Shown piece by piece: positions 1-9,396 of a stretch of 64,000 nt of DNA. The notes under the pieces were generated by a model. The model saw only the letters and a list, made by a program, of their open reading frames with translations, made no database searches and was not told the DNA's origin. The stretch spans positions 669,190-733,189 of the forward strand of contig CP070748.1 in the NCBI GenBank assembly GCA_020348345.1, written 5' to 3'. Position 1 is the first letter of the stretch. The number at the start of each line of letters is the position of its first letter. The translations under genes were made by a program, and so were the position numbers. The DNA comes from Methanobacteriota archaeon. GTDB taxonomy: Archaea > Thermoplasmatota > Thermoplasmata > UBA10834.

Positions 1-339
1 CACAATGGCCTCACATCGGTCCCAGGGGTGTCAAGGAAGCACGGAGAGATCGTTGCTTTCGGGACTATGGTGCAGATGATGCTGGAGGAACGACCTGCTT
101 CAGAGATCGAACAGATCATGCAGTGGTGCATGGAGATCGGCCTACCCACAAGCCTCGATGAGCTGGGAGATATTGACCGCTCTCGTCTGCCATTGGCGGC
201 GAAGAAGGCGTGCGATCCAGAAGACACGATGTCTAACATGCCGTTTGAGGTGACGCCCGAGATGGTGCTGGAGTCGATTCGGGGGGTTGACAGCCTTTCG
301 GAATCACTGGTTCGGACGCGCGCCACGAGTTTGCGCTAG
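1..339 (+). CDS. gldA: iron-type glycerol dehydrogenase, C-terminal fragment (5' end outside window)
   Basis: Frame 1 is open from base 1 (HNGLTSVPGVSRKHGEIVAFGTMVQMMLE...NMPFEVTPEMV). I recognise this as the C-terminal helical domain of GldA-type dehydrogenases. Confidence 0.7.
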   Translation, partial: HNGLTSVPGVSRKHGEIVAFGTMVQMMLEERPASEIEQIMQWCMEIGLPTSLDELGDIDRSRLPLAAKKACDPEDTMSNMPFEVTPEMVLESIRGVDSLSESLVRTRATSLR

Positions 340-460
340 GAATGCGGTATTGCAGCTGCTGGCTCAGATTGCCTGGTTGGAAAACCCTATATACGCCCAT
401 CACGATTCTAACTCTGTTGCCGATGAGCGGCAGAAGGGATGATTAGAGGAGGCATTCAGT

Positions 461-1096
461 ATGAGTAGTGCTTTGGATACCATTGTCGCGCCGATTTCCT
501 CCCCTCCATGGCTACCGAGGGATGTTGCAGAGGGACGCAGATACGCCTGGTGGGCAGGTATAATGTTCTTGTTGTGGGTCCTTATCTGGTTCATCATAGC
601 CATTGTGGAGCTCACAGTGTATGCGTTGGACGGAGGCACGTCTAGGCTGCTAATAGGGCTTATCGGACTCGTCGCGATGGTCATCTGCTTCATGTCCGCC
701 ATGTTTCTAAAGAGGACGGTCATTGACGCCATCGACCAGGGAAGATTCCACGACGCGAAGAACGACACACTGGTGTGGATAATGTTCGGCTTCGCCGCGG
801 TGGCCGTGCCGAGCATCCTGCTCATACTCACCTACATCAAGCTCGGAGACGCTATCAGTGCCCATACGCCGGTCGGGTACATGCCGTACGCCCCAGGAAC
901 AGTGGCTGCTCAAACTCCGAGGGCTCAACATCCTCATCAGGCACCCCCTGCGCCAGCTCCTGTCCAGGGTCCGCCGGTACAGCCGCACCCGCAGTACCAC
1001 CCGCACACGACGCCGATGCTTAGATGCAAGAACTGCAACGTCCAGTTCCCTACGTTCATGCATACCTGCCCCAACTGCGGCGCACCGAAGGAATAA
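461..1096 (+). CDS. membrane protein with Pro/Gln-rich linker and C-terminal zinc ribbon
   Basis: ATG with GGAGG about 8 nt upstream. Hydrophobic helices, a PAPAPVQGPPVQPHPQ linker, and a terminal CKNC...CPNC motif. Confidence 0.5.
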   Translation: MSSALDTIVAPISSPPWLPRDVAEGRRYAWWAGIMFLLWVLIWFIIAIVELTVYALDGGTSRLLIGLIGLVAMVICFMSAMFLKRTVIDAIDQGRFHDAKNDTLVWIMFGFAAVAVPSILLILTYIKLGDAISAHTPVGYMPYAPGTVAAQTPRAQHPHQAPPAPAPVQGPPVQPHPQYHPHTTPMLRCKNCNVQFPTFMHTCPNCGAPKE

Positions 1097-1145
1097 AACC
1101 CCTTACCTTCATCCGGCTTTTCAGTTATGGGGATGAGTGCCAGCC

Positions 1146-1859
1146 ATGACCGAGATAATCTATATGAAGGACACGGAATCGAACTACGTCCGCGAGTTCG
1201 ATGCCCGCGTGATTGATCGGGGTTTCGACTTCGTCGTGCTTGACAGGACCGCGTTCTATGCTGCAGGTGGGGGGCAGCCCTCGGATACGGGCTCGCTCGC
1301 ATGGGCGGAAGGCAGCGTTGAGGTCAGGGAGGTAAGGAAGAAGGGCGACACCAAACATCATCTGGCACAGAACCCGGACATCGTTCCCGACGAAGTCAGG
1401 GGCGAGCTGAACTGGGACCGCCGCTACGCTCATATGAAGATGCATACTGCACAGCATATCGTATCTGGCGTAGTGTACGACTTCTACGGCGGAAGAACCG
1501 TCGGGAACCAGATATACAGCGATCGCTCTCGGATAGATTTCGCCCCGGTAACCTTCACCGATGACATGCTCGCTGATGTCCAGACCAAATGCAACGACAT
1601 CCTCTCCAAGGGAGCGAAGGTAGAGATATCCACGATTGCGAGGGATGTGCTGGAGAGGGAAGTAGATTCGCAGCGCGCCAATCTCGACCTTTTACCTAAA
1701 TCCGTGCGCGAACTGAGAGTCGTCACCATCGGCGATTTCGATGTGTGTCCGTGTGCGGGAACGCATGTCCGTTCTCTGAGCGAGGTCGGAAAGGTCAGCA
1801 TCACTAAGCGGGATCGAAAAGGAAAGGACAAGGAGCGAATCACCTACGAGCTGGGCTGA
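1146..1859 (+). CDS. alaX: alanyl-tRNA editing protein AlaX (AlaX-M type)
   Basis: HTAQH and CPCAGTH zinc-binding motifs of the Ala/Thr-tRNA synthetase second additional domain. The ORF-track start at 1137 is GTG; the in-frame ATG at 1146 gives MTEIIYMKD. Confidence 0.85.
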   Translation: MTEIIYMKDTESNYVREFDARVIDRGFDFVVLDRTAFYAAGGGQPSDTGSLAWAEGSVEVREVRKKGDTKHHLAQNPDIVPDEVRGELNWDRRYAHMKMHTAQHIVSGVVYDFYGGRTVGNQIYSDRSRIDFAPVTFTDDMLADVQTKCNDILSKGAKVEISTIARDVLEREVDSQRANLDLLPKSVRELRVVTIGDFDVCPCAGTHVRSLSEVGKVSITKRDRKGKDKERITYELG

Positions 1860-1937
1860 GAATTGTAGTAGCTTAGCTTTGGGAATCCTGCCCAATCCTT
1901 AAGTACATCCATTCCCGATATTCTGGCCAGGGAAACG

Positions 1938-2183
1938 ATGGTCGAAGCAGGAACTGTCTCTGAGATATCCAAAGTCTCCATAAGGATCAGCGCAGCGTTT
2001 GCCGTTGTCGGAGTCGGAATGCTTTATCTCTACATCGCTGTGACGGACGCCTCGACCCCCACGAAGGTTCTCTGGTCGGCGGTGCTATCACTTGGTGTTG
2101 CGATTATCTTCCTTATAGCGTGGACGATGGCTAGAGATGCGCTGAGGACATATGAACGCGAGGCCAAGCGAAAGAAGCGTTGA
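1938..2183 (+). CDS. small two-helix membrane protein with basic tail
   Basis: ATG start, two hydrophobic helices, C-terminal EREAKRKKR. No recognisable family. Confidence 0.4.
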   Translation: MVEAGTVSEISKVSIRISAAFAVVGVGMLYLYIAVTDASTPTKVLWSAVLSLGVAIIFLIAWTMARDALRTYEREAKRKKR

Positions 2184-2194
2184 TTGCTCTATTC

Positions 2195-3331
2195 TCAGGG
2201 TTTGTTACTATCCTCTGTGGCTTTTAGCAGAAGCTCCATAAGATCGACCACTCTCATCCCGGGCACGGTTCTGAGCTGGGTTTCGCAGAACGGGCAACAC
2301 GTCACGAGCGTCGTGGCCCCAGTGCTCTTAGCCTCCTCTATCTTCTTCGAAGCCAGCTCGCGCGATAGCTTCGGAAACGCCGATTGCAGGCCAGCGCCTG
2401 CGCCACAGCACCTGGACTCGTAGCCATGGTTCGGCATCTCGATGAAGTCCGAAGCCGCCCCAACGATCTCGCGCGGTTCGTCGAGTATGCCTCCGAGCCG
2501 CCCCAGATGACACGGGTCGTGGTAGGTCATCTTCTCGCTCGATCTCTTGACCTTCAGATCTCCACCTTTCACAAGCTCGGCCAACTCCTGGGTTATGTGG
2601 ACAATCTCGATCTCACTGCCAAGGCTCTCCGCAGACTTCCTCAATGTGGTGTAGCAACCAGGGCACGCTGTTACGATCTTCTTGACGCCAAGCGCTTCGA
2701 ACTTGTCGAAGTTCTCCTTTTCAAGCATCTCAAACGCTTCCGTCTGTCCCACTCTGAGAAGCGTCGAGCCGCAGCACGGTTCATCCTGCCCCATAACTGC
2801 GAAGTTCACATTGGCTCTCCTCAGTAGCTTGGCGCTCGCCACCAGCGATGGAACGAGAGGCTTCATGACTGCGGATGTACACCCTGCGAAGAACAGCACC
2901 TCCTGCTTTCCAGGAGCAGCTTTCGGTATGTCCTGTCCTTTGAGCCACTTGTTGCGAGCGCTCCGCGGCTGAAACCATGGGTTGCCGTAGTTCTTAACGC
3001 TCGCCAGAAGTGACGAGTGTTCCTTCATGGGCTCGACACCATGCTTCAGGAGATACTCCCTGAAGGCTCTCGTATGATCCGTGTTCTTGAGCGCGCACCA
3101 TCTGTCGCAGTTGCCGCAGAGGGTGCATTCAAATGCAGCTTGCACGACTGATGGCGTTATCTCGAATCTCTTCTTCAGAAGCCCCAGCATTGTACGATTT
3201 CTGCCCTTCATAGACAGCGTTCTTACCTTCAGCGCCTGGTATACAGGGCATCCTCGCTCACAAAATCCGCACGAAGTTCCGAAGCAAGTTTCGAGTTCAT
3301 CCTCGAACTCTTCAAGGTCTGCCGTCGTCAC
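2195..3331 (-). CDS. Fe-S oxidoreductase with two CCG domains (GlcF/HdrD/LutA-like)
   Basis: Two ferredoxin-type Cys clusters (CGFCERGCP, CTLCGNCDRWC) and CCG motifs (PCCGS, RCCGAG, CCPFC). The GTG start overlaps the stop of the upstream FAD oxidase (GTGA) and is preceded by GGAGGGG. Confidence 0.75.
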   Translation of the reverse strand: MTTADLEEFEDELETCFGTSCGFCERGCPVYQALKVRTLSMKGRNRTMLGLLKKRFEITPSVVQAAFECTLCGNCDRWCALKNTDHTRAFREYLLKHGVEPMKEHSSLLASVKNYGNPWFQPRSARNKWLKGQDIPKAAPGKQEVLFFAGCTSAVMKPLVPSLVASAKLLRRANVNFAVMGQDEPCCGSTLLRVGQTEAFEMLEKENFDKFEALGVKKIVTACPGCYTTLRKSAESLGSEIEIVHITQELAELVKGGDLKVKRSSEKMTYHDPCHLGRLGGILDEPREIVGAASDFIEMPNHGYESRCCGAGAGLQSAFPKLSRELASKKIEEAKSTGATTLVTCCPFCETQLRTVPGMRVVDLMELLLKATEDSNKP

Positions 3332-4767
3332 CCCTCCTCGCGCGGAAACTTCTTGCCGGGGTTCATGATTCCCTTCGGATCGAACAATCTCTTTATCTCT
3401 CTCATATATACCAACGAGCGTCCGTGCTCGAGCTCCAGGTAAGGCGCTTTCTGGTGCGTATCGCTCATGAAAGTGCTCATGGTTCCGTCAAACTCTATTG
3501 CCAGCTTGCTGAGTTCGTCATGAAACAATCTGAATCGCCTGATCTCATCGGCGCTTCTGTAGTCGACGAAGACCGCGCATGACAGTGAGAACCCGATGCT
3601 GTTGGGATGTTCGAGGTACGCGTTCATCCCTATGATTTCCAGTTTGTGCTTCTCGGCGACCTCCACGAACTTATGATAGAACTCCTCGAGCCTGCCTACG
3701 GGCACACCCGGATCGGCAGCGCCGAATTTCTTTGCTTTCTGCACATCTGGCCACTTCTGCTTGAAGGGTTCGAATTCAAGCGTGTACTTCGACGCCCACC
3801 AGCTATCTACGATCTCCCTTTCCTTCACCAGCTCCGCATCGAACTCGGCTGCGATTGCGATGGCGTGGTCTCTCTGCGCGTTGGCCATCTTCTCGTCTCC
3901 AGCGAATGCGATGGCTAGCAAGGCTTCGGCCCATGCAGGTATCTCCGCTTCTCCACCGAATTTGGCTGTGTATGCGTGCGTGTAGAACTTCAGCCTTCGC
4001 TTGCAGTTGATGTGTGCTGCTTCGATGCCGACTCCGGCCCTCAACAAGCGACTAAGGTAGTCTACTGCGCTCCCCATCCGGTGGAATACCAGCATCTCAA
4101 CTATCCTGGTTTCCGGAATCGGTTCAAGTTTCAAAGTCGCCTCAGTCACGACTCCCAAAGTGCCCTCGCTGCCCGCCATAAGATCCTTCAGTTTGTATCC
4201 AGACGAGGTGAAGTGGGCTTTTCGATGACCAAGCTCAAGAATCTCTCCAGAGCCTGTGACGATCTCAACGCTAAGCAGGCAATTCAGTATCTTGCCGTAC
4301 CTCACGCCGAAGGTCGAGTCATTGTCGCATGCGATAGCCGCACCGACGGTGCTCACCCATTTCGATTCTGGCTGATGCGGCAACCAGAGGCCGTACGGGT
4401 TGACAGCGTCATTCACCTCCTGCAGCGTCGCTCCTGCCTGTACCCTCACAGTTTGGTTCTTTGGGTCAATCTCGATTATCGAATTCATTGTGGTGGTGTC
4501 TATGTATATTCCGCCATAGAGCGACACCGCCCCGCCCAGCATACCTGTCAATCCGCCTCCTGCGGTGACCGGAATTCCATTCGCATAAGCGACTTCCACG
4601 ATTCTTTGCACGTCGAGGGTCGTTTTCGGCTGGACCACAACATCAGGGGGATGTATCTCATCCGAAGTCCTGGGACTCCAGTCTGCTCCATAGACATAGA
4701 GCTCCGCCGGATCAGTGAGCAGCTTCTCGTCGCCGAGCACGGCTTGGAGTTCGGAGATGTACTTCAT
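3328..4767 (-). CDS. FAD-linked oxidase (GlcD / D-lactate dehydrogenase-like)
   Basis: PCMH-type FAD-binding region (GIPVTAGGGLTGMLGGAV) and C-terminal oxidase domain. Coupled to the CCG Fe-S subunit. The track start at 4839 is TTG; ATG at 4767 (MKYISELQAVLG) is chosen. Confidence 0.8.
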   Translation of the reverse strand: MKYISELQAVLGDEKLLTDPAELYVYGADWSPRTSDEIHPPDVVVQPKTTLDVQRIVEVAYANGIPVTAGGGLTGMLGGAVSLYGGIYIDTTTMNSIIEIDPKNQTVRVQAGATLQEVNDAVNPYGLWLPHQPESKWVSTVGAAIACDNDSTFGVRYGKILNCLLSVEIVTGSGEILELGHRKAHFTSSGYKLKDLMAGSEGTLGVVTEATLKLEPIPETRIVEMLVFHRMGSAVDYLSRLLRAGVGIEAAHINCKRRLKFYTHAYTAKFGGEAEIPAWAEALLAIAFAGDEKMANAQRDHAIAIAAEFDAELVKEREIVDSWWASKYTLEFEPFKQKWPDVQKAKKFGAADPGVPVGRLEEFYHKFVEVAEKHKLEIIGMNAYLEHPNSIGFSLSCAVFVDYRSADEIRRFRLFHDELSKLAIEFDGTMSTFMSDTHQKAPYLELEHGRSLVYMREIKRLFDPKGIMNPGKKFPREEG

Positions 4768-4842
4768 CGAGACAGAGCTAGGGTGCTGTCCGTACAAAAG
4801 CTTGATTGAGCCGAAAAATCGTGCATCAAACGCTCTCAAGGG

Positions 4843-4962
4843 TTAGAGTTCAGGATTCTTGGGAACCTCGACCTTCAGAGCTGCCTTGATCTTTGATGCC
4901 TGAAAGGCCAAATCGAGCTCTCCAATACTGCCGTCCAAGAACTGGGTCACAAGGTCAATCAT
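4843..4962 (-). CDS. possible 39-aa small ORF (MIDLVTQFLDGSIGELDLAFQASKIKAALKVEVPKNPEL)
   Basis: Read by hand. The ATG lies 3 nt after the EamA stop (TGACAGATG) and the ORF fills the gap before the FAD oxidase. No family recognised and no SD. Confidence 0.2.
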   Translation of the reverse strand: MIDLVTQFLDGSIGELDLAFQASKIKAALKVEVPKNPEL

Positions 4963-4965
4963 CTG

Positions 4966-5850
4966 TCAGCTCTTGCCTAAACGTAGTAATATGATGCCAA
5001 TGACGGTGACGGTTGCTCCACCTAGCTGAATGGCCGTAACTCCTTCGGAGAGTACCACAAAGGCAATTCCGATAGCCATCATTGGCTCTATGCTCGAGAT
5101 GATGCTGGCTTTGCTCGCTTCAATGTGCCTTAGGGCGACAAGAGACGCAAGAAATCCTAAGATTCCAGGAAGCACTGCGAGCATGAATATGAGAAACCAG
5201 GCATTCGTTGTGAAAGAGACATGGACAAGAGAAACAGGGTTCGCGGCAATCACGAGCATGATAGTAGTGAGCATGAACAAATAGAGAACCACAGTGTTTG
5301 CTGAGTACTTCTCTTCGAGCTTCTTCCCCCCTATGTAGTAGGTTGCGCTGCCAATGGCGGATAGGAGACCCAGGCCAACGGCTAACCAACCTACCGAAAT
5401 GTCCCCCTCGAGAAGAGGAGAACCGGCGACCAATACACACCCAAAGAACGTAAGCGGTAAGGCCAAGAGCTTCTGCGTTGAGAGCTTTTCTTTGAAGATG
5501 AACAAGGAGACAATGGTAACGATACTGGGGTATGTGAAATTGAGAATGATTGCGATTGCCACCGTGGTTTCGCTGATCGCTCCGAAAAACGCTAGGTTCA
5601 GCATTGCGCCTGCGATGAAACTGAACACAATGAAGGTCGGTATGTCTCTTCGATCAATGCTAAGAGACTTGCGGTCGAATATCGCGACAAGCGGGAAGAA
5701 GACGATAGTTGCGAGAATGAACGCGATAGTTGTAAGTTCAACCACAGATACTCCTTCATCCATTGCCAGCGTGGAAATGGTTGCCGATGTAGCCCATAAA
5801 CAGACTGCGAGGATTAGCAGCACATATGCTCCATTCTTCGTTACAGTCAT
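4966..5850 (-). CDS. EamA/DMT-family transporter
   Basis: About 10 TM helices in two repeated EamA-like halves. ATG start. Confidence 0.8.
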   Translation of the reverse strand: MTVTKNGAYVLLILAVCLWATSATISTLAMDEGVSVVELTTIAFILATIVFFPLVAIFDRKSLSIDRRDIPTFIVFSFIAGAMLNLAFFGAISETTVAIAIILNFTYPSIVTIVSLFIFKEKLSTQKLLALPLTFFGCVLVAGSPLLEGDISVGWLAVGLGLLSAIGSATYYIGGKKLEEKYSANTVVLYLFMLTTIMLVIAANPVSLVHVSFTTNAWFLIFMLAVLPGILGFLASLVALRHIEASKASIISSIEPMMAIGIAFVVLSEGVTAIQLGGATVTVIGIILLRLGKS

Positions 5851-6005
5851 CTCGCTAGCTCCCCTCCAGTTGGGTTATGTGAACTCTGCATAACTAACCC
5901 TAGCATTCCTTCTTCCCCCGCTCCTCGGACCACCTTTCGAGGCAGTCAGATAACGCCGTTATGCAGTATTAGTGCCTTGTCTTGTGAATACTCTCTGCCG
6001 GTCAT

Positions 6006-6028
6006 GAGAAAAGGCCATAGGGGCGGAA
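6006..6028 (+). repeat. copy 1 of 23-nt motif GAGAARAGGCCATARGGGCGRAA
   Basis: gagaaaaggccataggggcggaa, preceded by tgCCGGTca. Ends 21 nt before the ATG at 6050. Confidence 0.7.
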
Positions 6029-6049
6029 AGACATTCCTCGGCCGGAGGA

Positions 6050-6493
6050 ATGGTATTGGCCGAATTGATGGAAGTGATTGAGGCGGCTGCCTACATGGCC
6101 TTCGTACTGCTAGCGGTGTTCGCGGTCTTTGAACTGCGCATAATGGCTAGAGACAGAAAGCTCGAATTCGCGATGCGACAGAACGAGTTCATTTGCACCA
6201 AGGAATTCCAGGAGCCATTGTGTAAGCTATGGGAGACAGAGGCTCAGGACGCCGATGAATTGGAGAAGGAAGTCTCATACACAGGATTATCGATGCTTGC
6301 AGACTACTTTGCAGGTCTGGCGCTGCTTGCCGAAGACAGACTGATGGATGAACGCATTGTGGCAATGCAGTACAACTATATCGAAATCTGGAAGAAACTC
6401 AAGCCTTGGGTTCTCCGTTTGAGAATCAGACACCCGCAGATTTACAAGGAGATAGAGGAATTGGCTGAGAAGTCCAGACTACGGTATTCGTAG
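6050..6493 (+). CDS. hypothetical protein with N-terminal TM helix
   Basis: ATG start, one N-terminal hydrophobic helix then an acidic/helical region. Local GC is lower (about 47% in a 60-nt sample). No family recognised. Confidence 0.45.
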   Translation: MVLAELMEVIEAAAYMAFVLLAVFAVFELRIMARDRKLEFAMRQNEFICTKEFQEPLCKLWETEAQDADELEKEVSYTGLSMLADYFAGLALLAEDRLMDERIVAMQYNYIEIWKKLKPWVLRLRIRHPQIYKEIEELAEKSRLRYS

Positions 6494-6517
6494 AAACCTG
6501 TTCCGGTCAATTCCCGT

Positions 6518-6540
6518 GAGAAGAGGCCATAGGGGCGGAC
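6518..6540 (+). repeat. copy 2 of 23-nt motif
   Basis: gagaagaggccataggggcggac, preceded by ttCCGGTca. Ends 13 nt before the ATG at 6554. Confidence 0.7.
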
Positions 6541-6553
6541 GGGCATCAGTGTA

Positions 6554-6856
6554 ATGGCGAAGGAAATGGCTATGAAATGGCTGAGCATGAGATGCCCTAA
6601 TTGCAGGAATGATTTTCCAAGAGGAGGCAAGTATTGCCCGAATTGCGGAAAGAAGATGGAGCAGCATTCCAGGCTATACATCGCAATCGTGCTAGCTTTG
6701 GCGCCATTGGTAGCCTTCTTCGCATGGAGGGACATCAGATCGCTCGATGACGAACCCTTGAATATTATCCCTATTCTTCTCTTTCTTGGCCCCTCTGCGT
6801 TCGGCTTCATCAATCTCTATAGATGGTTCAGATGGACAAGGCAGGATTATCTGTAG
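6554..6856 (+). CDS. zinc-ribbon membrane protein
   Basis: N-terminal CPNC-x10-CPNC zinc ribbon followed by two TM helices. Confidence 0.5.
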   Translation: MAKEMAMKWLSMRCPNCRNDFPRGGKYCPNCGKKMEQHSRLYIAIVLALAPLVAFFAWRDIRSLDDEPLNIIPILLFLGPSAFGFINLYRWFRWTRQDYL

Positions 6857-6891
6857 GGAATTAGCGCTTCCGGTGGTCGATGGTCGTCTGG

Positions 6892-6914
6892 GAGAAGAGG
6901 CCATAAGGGCGAAA
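6892..6914 (+). repeat. copy 3 of 23-nt motif
   Basis: gagaagaggccataagggcgaaa, preceded by ttCCGGTgg. No convincing ORF follows it. Confidence 0.65.
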
Positions 6915-7219
6915 AGAAAGAAAAGGGGTTTGGGGGACAGGGGAGAGTCAGCAGGCTAACCAGGTTGATTGATGGGCGATTTCGGCCCTATACAGCTTGA
7001 TTGAACCACATCGTGTACAGGCACCAGCTTCTGTGCTGGTGGAAGCAGCCGGGCTCATGGCCAGGCTTGGCAAGTGCGAAGGCCCAATACGATGCGTTCT
7101 GTTCGGCAGCCCTCGTCAGGCAGTCGCCCAATCGAGATCTGTAGAGCACGACGTTGAGAGGGAAAGTCAATAGCCAAGTAAATCATGACGTGTCCGATAA
7201 GGTACGCAGAGGTGGAACA

Positions 7220-8116
7220 ATGGCGGAGCAGGTTTTGGAAGAAGGCCTCCTGTACGGTCTCAGGATGCCTGTGTCTTACAAGTCCTTGGAGGAGGAATCC
7301 GTTAGGACGATTGAAGCGGGACTCAAACGCTTCCCCAAGGCTATGAGATTGTTCAGGAAGCTGCAGTTGGATGCGGAAACGAATACGCTCCTCAATCTGG
7401 CCAACTTCATAGCAGTTCGGAAGCTCGGTTATAATGATCACGGGCCGATCCATGCCAGAATATGCGCGGCGAACGGCATACGCATTCTTAATATCATTAT
7501 GGAGAGCGGCGAGGTGGAATTGGATTCCATCAGGGACCTGGGCATGAGCGAGGAGGACGCATACCTCATTGTCGTTGCAGCGTGCATGCTGCACGATGTG
7601 GGAAACGCCATACACCGCGAGGAGCACGAGATATTCAGCGTGGTATGTGCGAAATCGCTCCTGGATCGACTCCTCGCAGACGTCTATCCAGAGATGCCCC
7701 GCAGGACAGAGGTGCTTTCCCAGATACTCCACGCACTCTATGCGCATGATCATGGCGAGAACGCCCTCACGGTCGAGGCGGCCATCGTTGTGGTCGCCGA
7801 TGGCGCGGACATCACCAAGGGCAGAGGGAGGCTGTCGTTCGATCTGGGAAAGCACGACATCCATTCGATATCCGCACTCTCCATTGAATCAGTCGAAATA
7901 CAGAAGGGGTCCACCAAACCCATCGAGATACATGTCACGATGTCCAACTCTGCTGGCATCTATCAGGTCCAGGAGACACTGGGCAAGAAGGTGGCAATGA
8001 GCCCGCTCAGGGACTACGTCGAAATCGTGGCGGACCTCACTCCACCAAAGGAAATACCCGAGCAGCGCGTACTTGACAGGATAGTCTTCTCGGACGGCAA
8101 GTACAAGAGTTCCTAG
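7220..8116 (+). CDS. HD-domain metal-dependent phosphohydrolase
   Basis: H...HD signature (GPIHARI ... ACMLHDVGNAIHREEHE). The track start at 7154 is TTG; ATG at 7220 has GAGGTGG 7 nt upstream. Confidence 0.75.
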   Translation: MAEQVLEEGLLYGLRMPVSYKSLEEESVRTIEAGLKRFPKAMRLFRKLQLDAETNTLLNLANFIAVRKLGYNDHGPIHARICAANGIRILNIIMESGEVELDSIRDLGMSEEDAYLIVVAACMLHDVGNAIHREEHEIFSVVCAKSLLDRLLADVYPEMPRRTEVLSQILHALYAHDHGENALTVEAAIVVVADGADITKGRGRLSFDLGKHDIHSISALSIESVEIQKGSTKPIEIHVTMSNSAGIYQVQETLGKKVAMSPLRDYVEIVADLTPPKEIPEQRVLDRIVFSDGKYKSS

Positions 8117-8967
8117 AGTGAGAACATCGGGACTGCGGCAAACAGCATAGCTAGCGCGCCATACTGTCGGATTGTGAGCTGCTCCCTCAATCTGACTTTG
8201 GCGACAGCTATTGTGAGCATTGGGTAGAGGTTCGTGATTGGGGAGGCTATCGATACGGGGCCATTCGCGAATGCGAGGTACATGGTGATGCCTCCGAGGG
8301 TGAGCATGATTATCGATAGCGCGAGAACCTTCAGGCCTTCGCTTGGCACGTTCAACTTGCCTCTGGCCGTTGCGCACCAATAGATAACCCACATCGTAGG
8401 ACATACCACGGCGAACACTCCTATGAAATCCGTTTGGCCTATGTCGGTCATCACATCCTTCGACATGGCAGCCGAGGTCCCCCAGAGGAAGAACGCTCCG
8501 AGCGCGAACAGGATGCCCAGCTTCTCCGGTCTGCCATTTCCGCCATTGTTCGAGCGGTAGGTGAAGACAAGCATGCCCATCACCACGAGAGCCACGCCGA
8601 CGCCCTCGCCAATGGACATCGCCTCACCGAGAAACACCAACGCGAGGATGACTGTCCAGGGAGCATATGCGCCGACAATGGTGCCGACGATGCTTATCTT
8701 CCCATGTTTGATGGCCTCGAAGTAGGACATGTACGCTCCTCCGGCAAGGGCTGCTGCGATGCACGCCTTGAGCCAGGAGTAGCCGTCATGCTCGGCTGGC
8801 TCACGGAACACCAGCCAGAATAGGCCGTAGATTGCGAAGACGCTGGCGCCGAAGAGAAGCAGATAGTTCGCCGATGAGATTCGCGCACGGCTTTCCTTTG
8901 CAAGCACTTGGCCTACGCCATAGAAGAAGATTGTTGCAATGGAGAAGGGGAGCCACAGGAGTTCCAT
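8113..8967 (-). CDS. EamA/DMT-family transporter (second paralog)
   Basis: Ten-helix duplicated EamA architecture. Overlaps the convergent HD gene by 4 nt. Confidence 0.8.
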   Translation of the reverse strand: MELLWLPFSIATIFFYGVGQVLAKESRARISSANYLLLFGASVFAIYGLFWLVFREPAEHDGYSWLKACIAAALAGGAYMSYFEAIKHGKISIVGTIVGAYAPWTVILALVFLGEAMSIGEGVGVALVVMGMLVFTYRSNNGGNGRPEKLGILFALGAFFLWGTSAAMSKDVMTDIGQTDFIGVFAVVCPTMWVIYWCATARGKLNVPSEGLKVLALSIIMLTLGGITMYLAFANGPVSIASPITNLYPMLTIAVAKVRLREQLTIRQYGALAMLFAAVPMFSL

Positions 8968-9060
8968 CAGAACCGCTGTGATAAGTATCAGGTAGATATA
9001 CGTTTGTCTTCAAGGCGTGGCACGTCGTGGCGCATCCTTGCCCAACTACGGAGGCAAAGA

Positions 9061-9309
9061 TCAGCCTCTTCTTTCCCTCTCCCTATCGAATACGACTTCA
9101 CCACGATGCTCTATGCGAATCACTCGGTGATATGGTATCGACGCTTCATCCGTCTCGAAGAATCCTTTGCCGAGTGCCCTGATGCTCGACCCTCGAACGC
9201 TGGTGACGTCGTCGGGAGCGCCTCGGTGCACATACCAGACCGTGGCGTCGTCGAGACTCGCATCACTGGTCCACTTAAGGTGGTTCAGCACCTCTCTCGG
9301 ATACACCAT
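9061..9309 (-). CDS. DUF504 / MJ1316-type small protein
   Basis: 82 aa containing ...ASIPYHRVIRIEHRGEVVFDR. I recall this as characteristic of the archaeal UPF0248/DUF504 family. Confidence 0.55.
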   Translation of the reverse strand: MVYPREVLNHLKWTSDASLDDATVWYVHRGAPDDVTSVRGSSIRALGKGFFETDEASIPYHRVIRIEHRGEVVFDRERERRG

Positions 9310-9396
9310 CGACTAGAGGTATAGCAGCCTCGGCCGATAAACCACTTCGCAGCCTTTTCATCTCTTGGGCGATTTCGGGCAGGCAGATACGTGCGT

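Noticed and set aside
6015-6030. Repeat core GGCCATAGGGGCGG resembling the 5' end of archaeal 5S rRNA
   Set aside because: The similarity stops after about 14 nt. No downstream 5S elements (CCGAAC, loop E region) follow in any of the three copies.
7055-7864. 269-aa minus-strand ORF overlapping the HD-domain gene
   Set aside because: The plus-strand frame carries the HD signature and an SD-preceded ATG. The minus-strand product has no recognisable motif.
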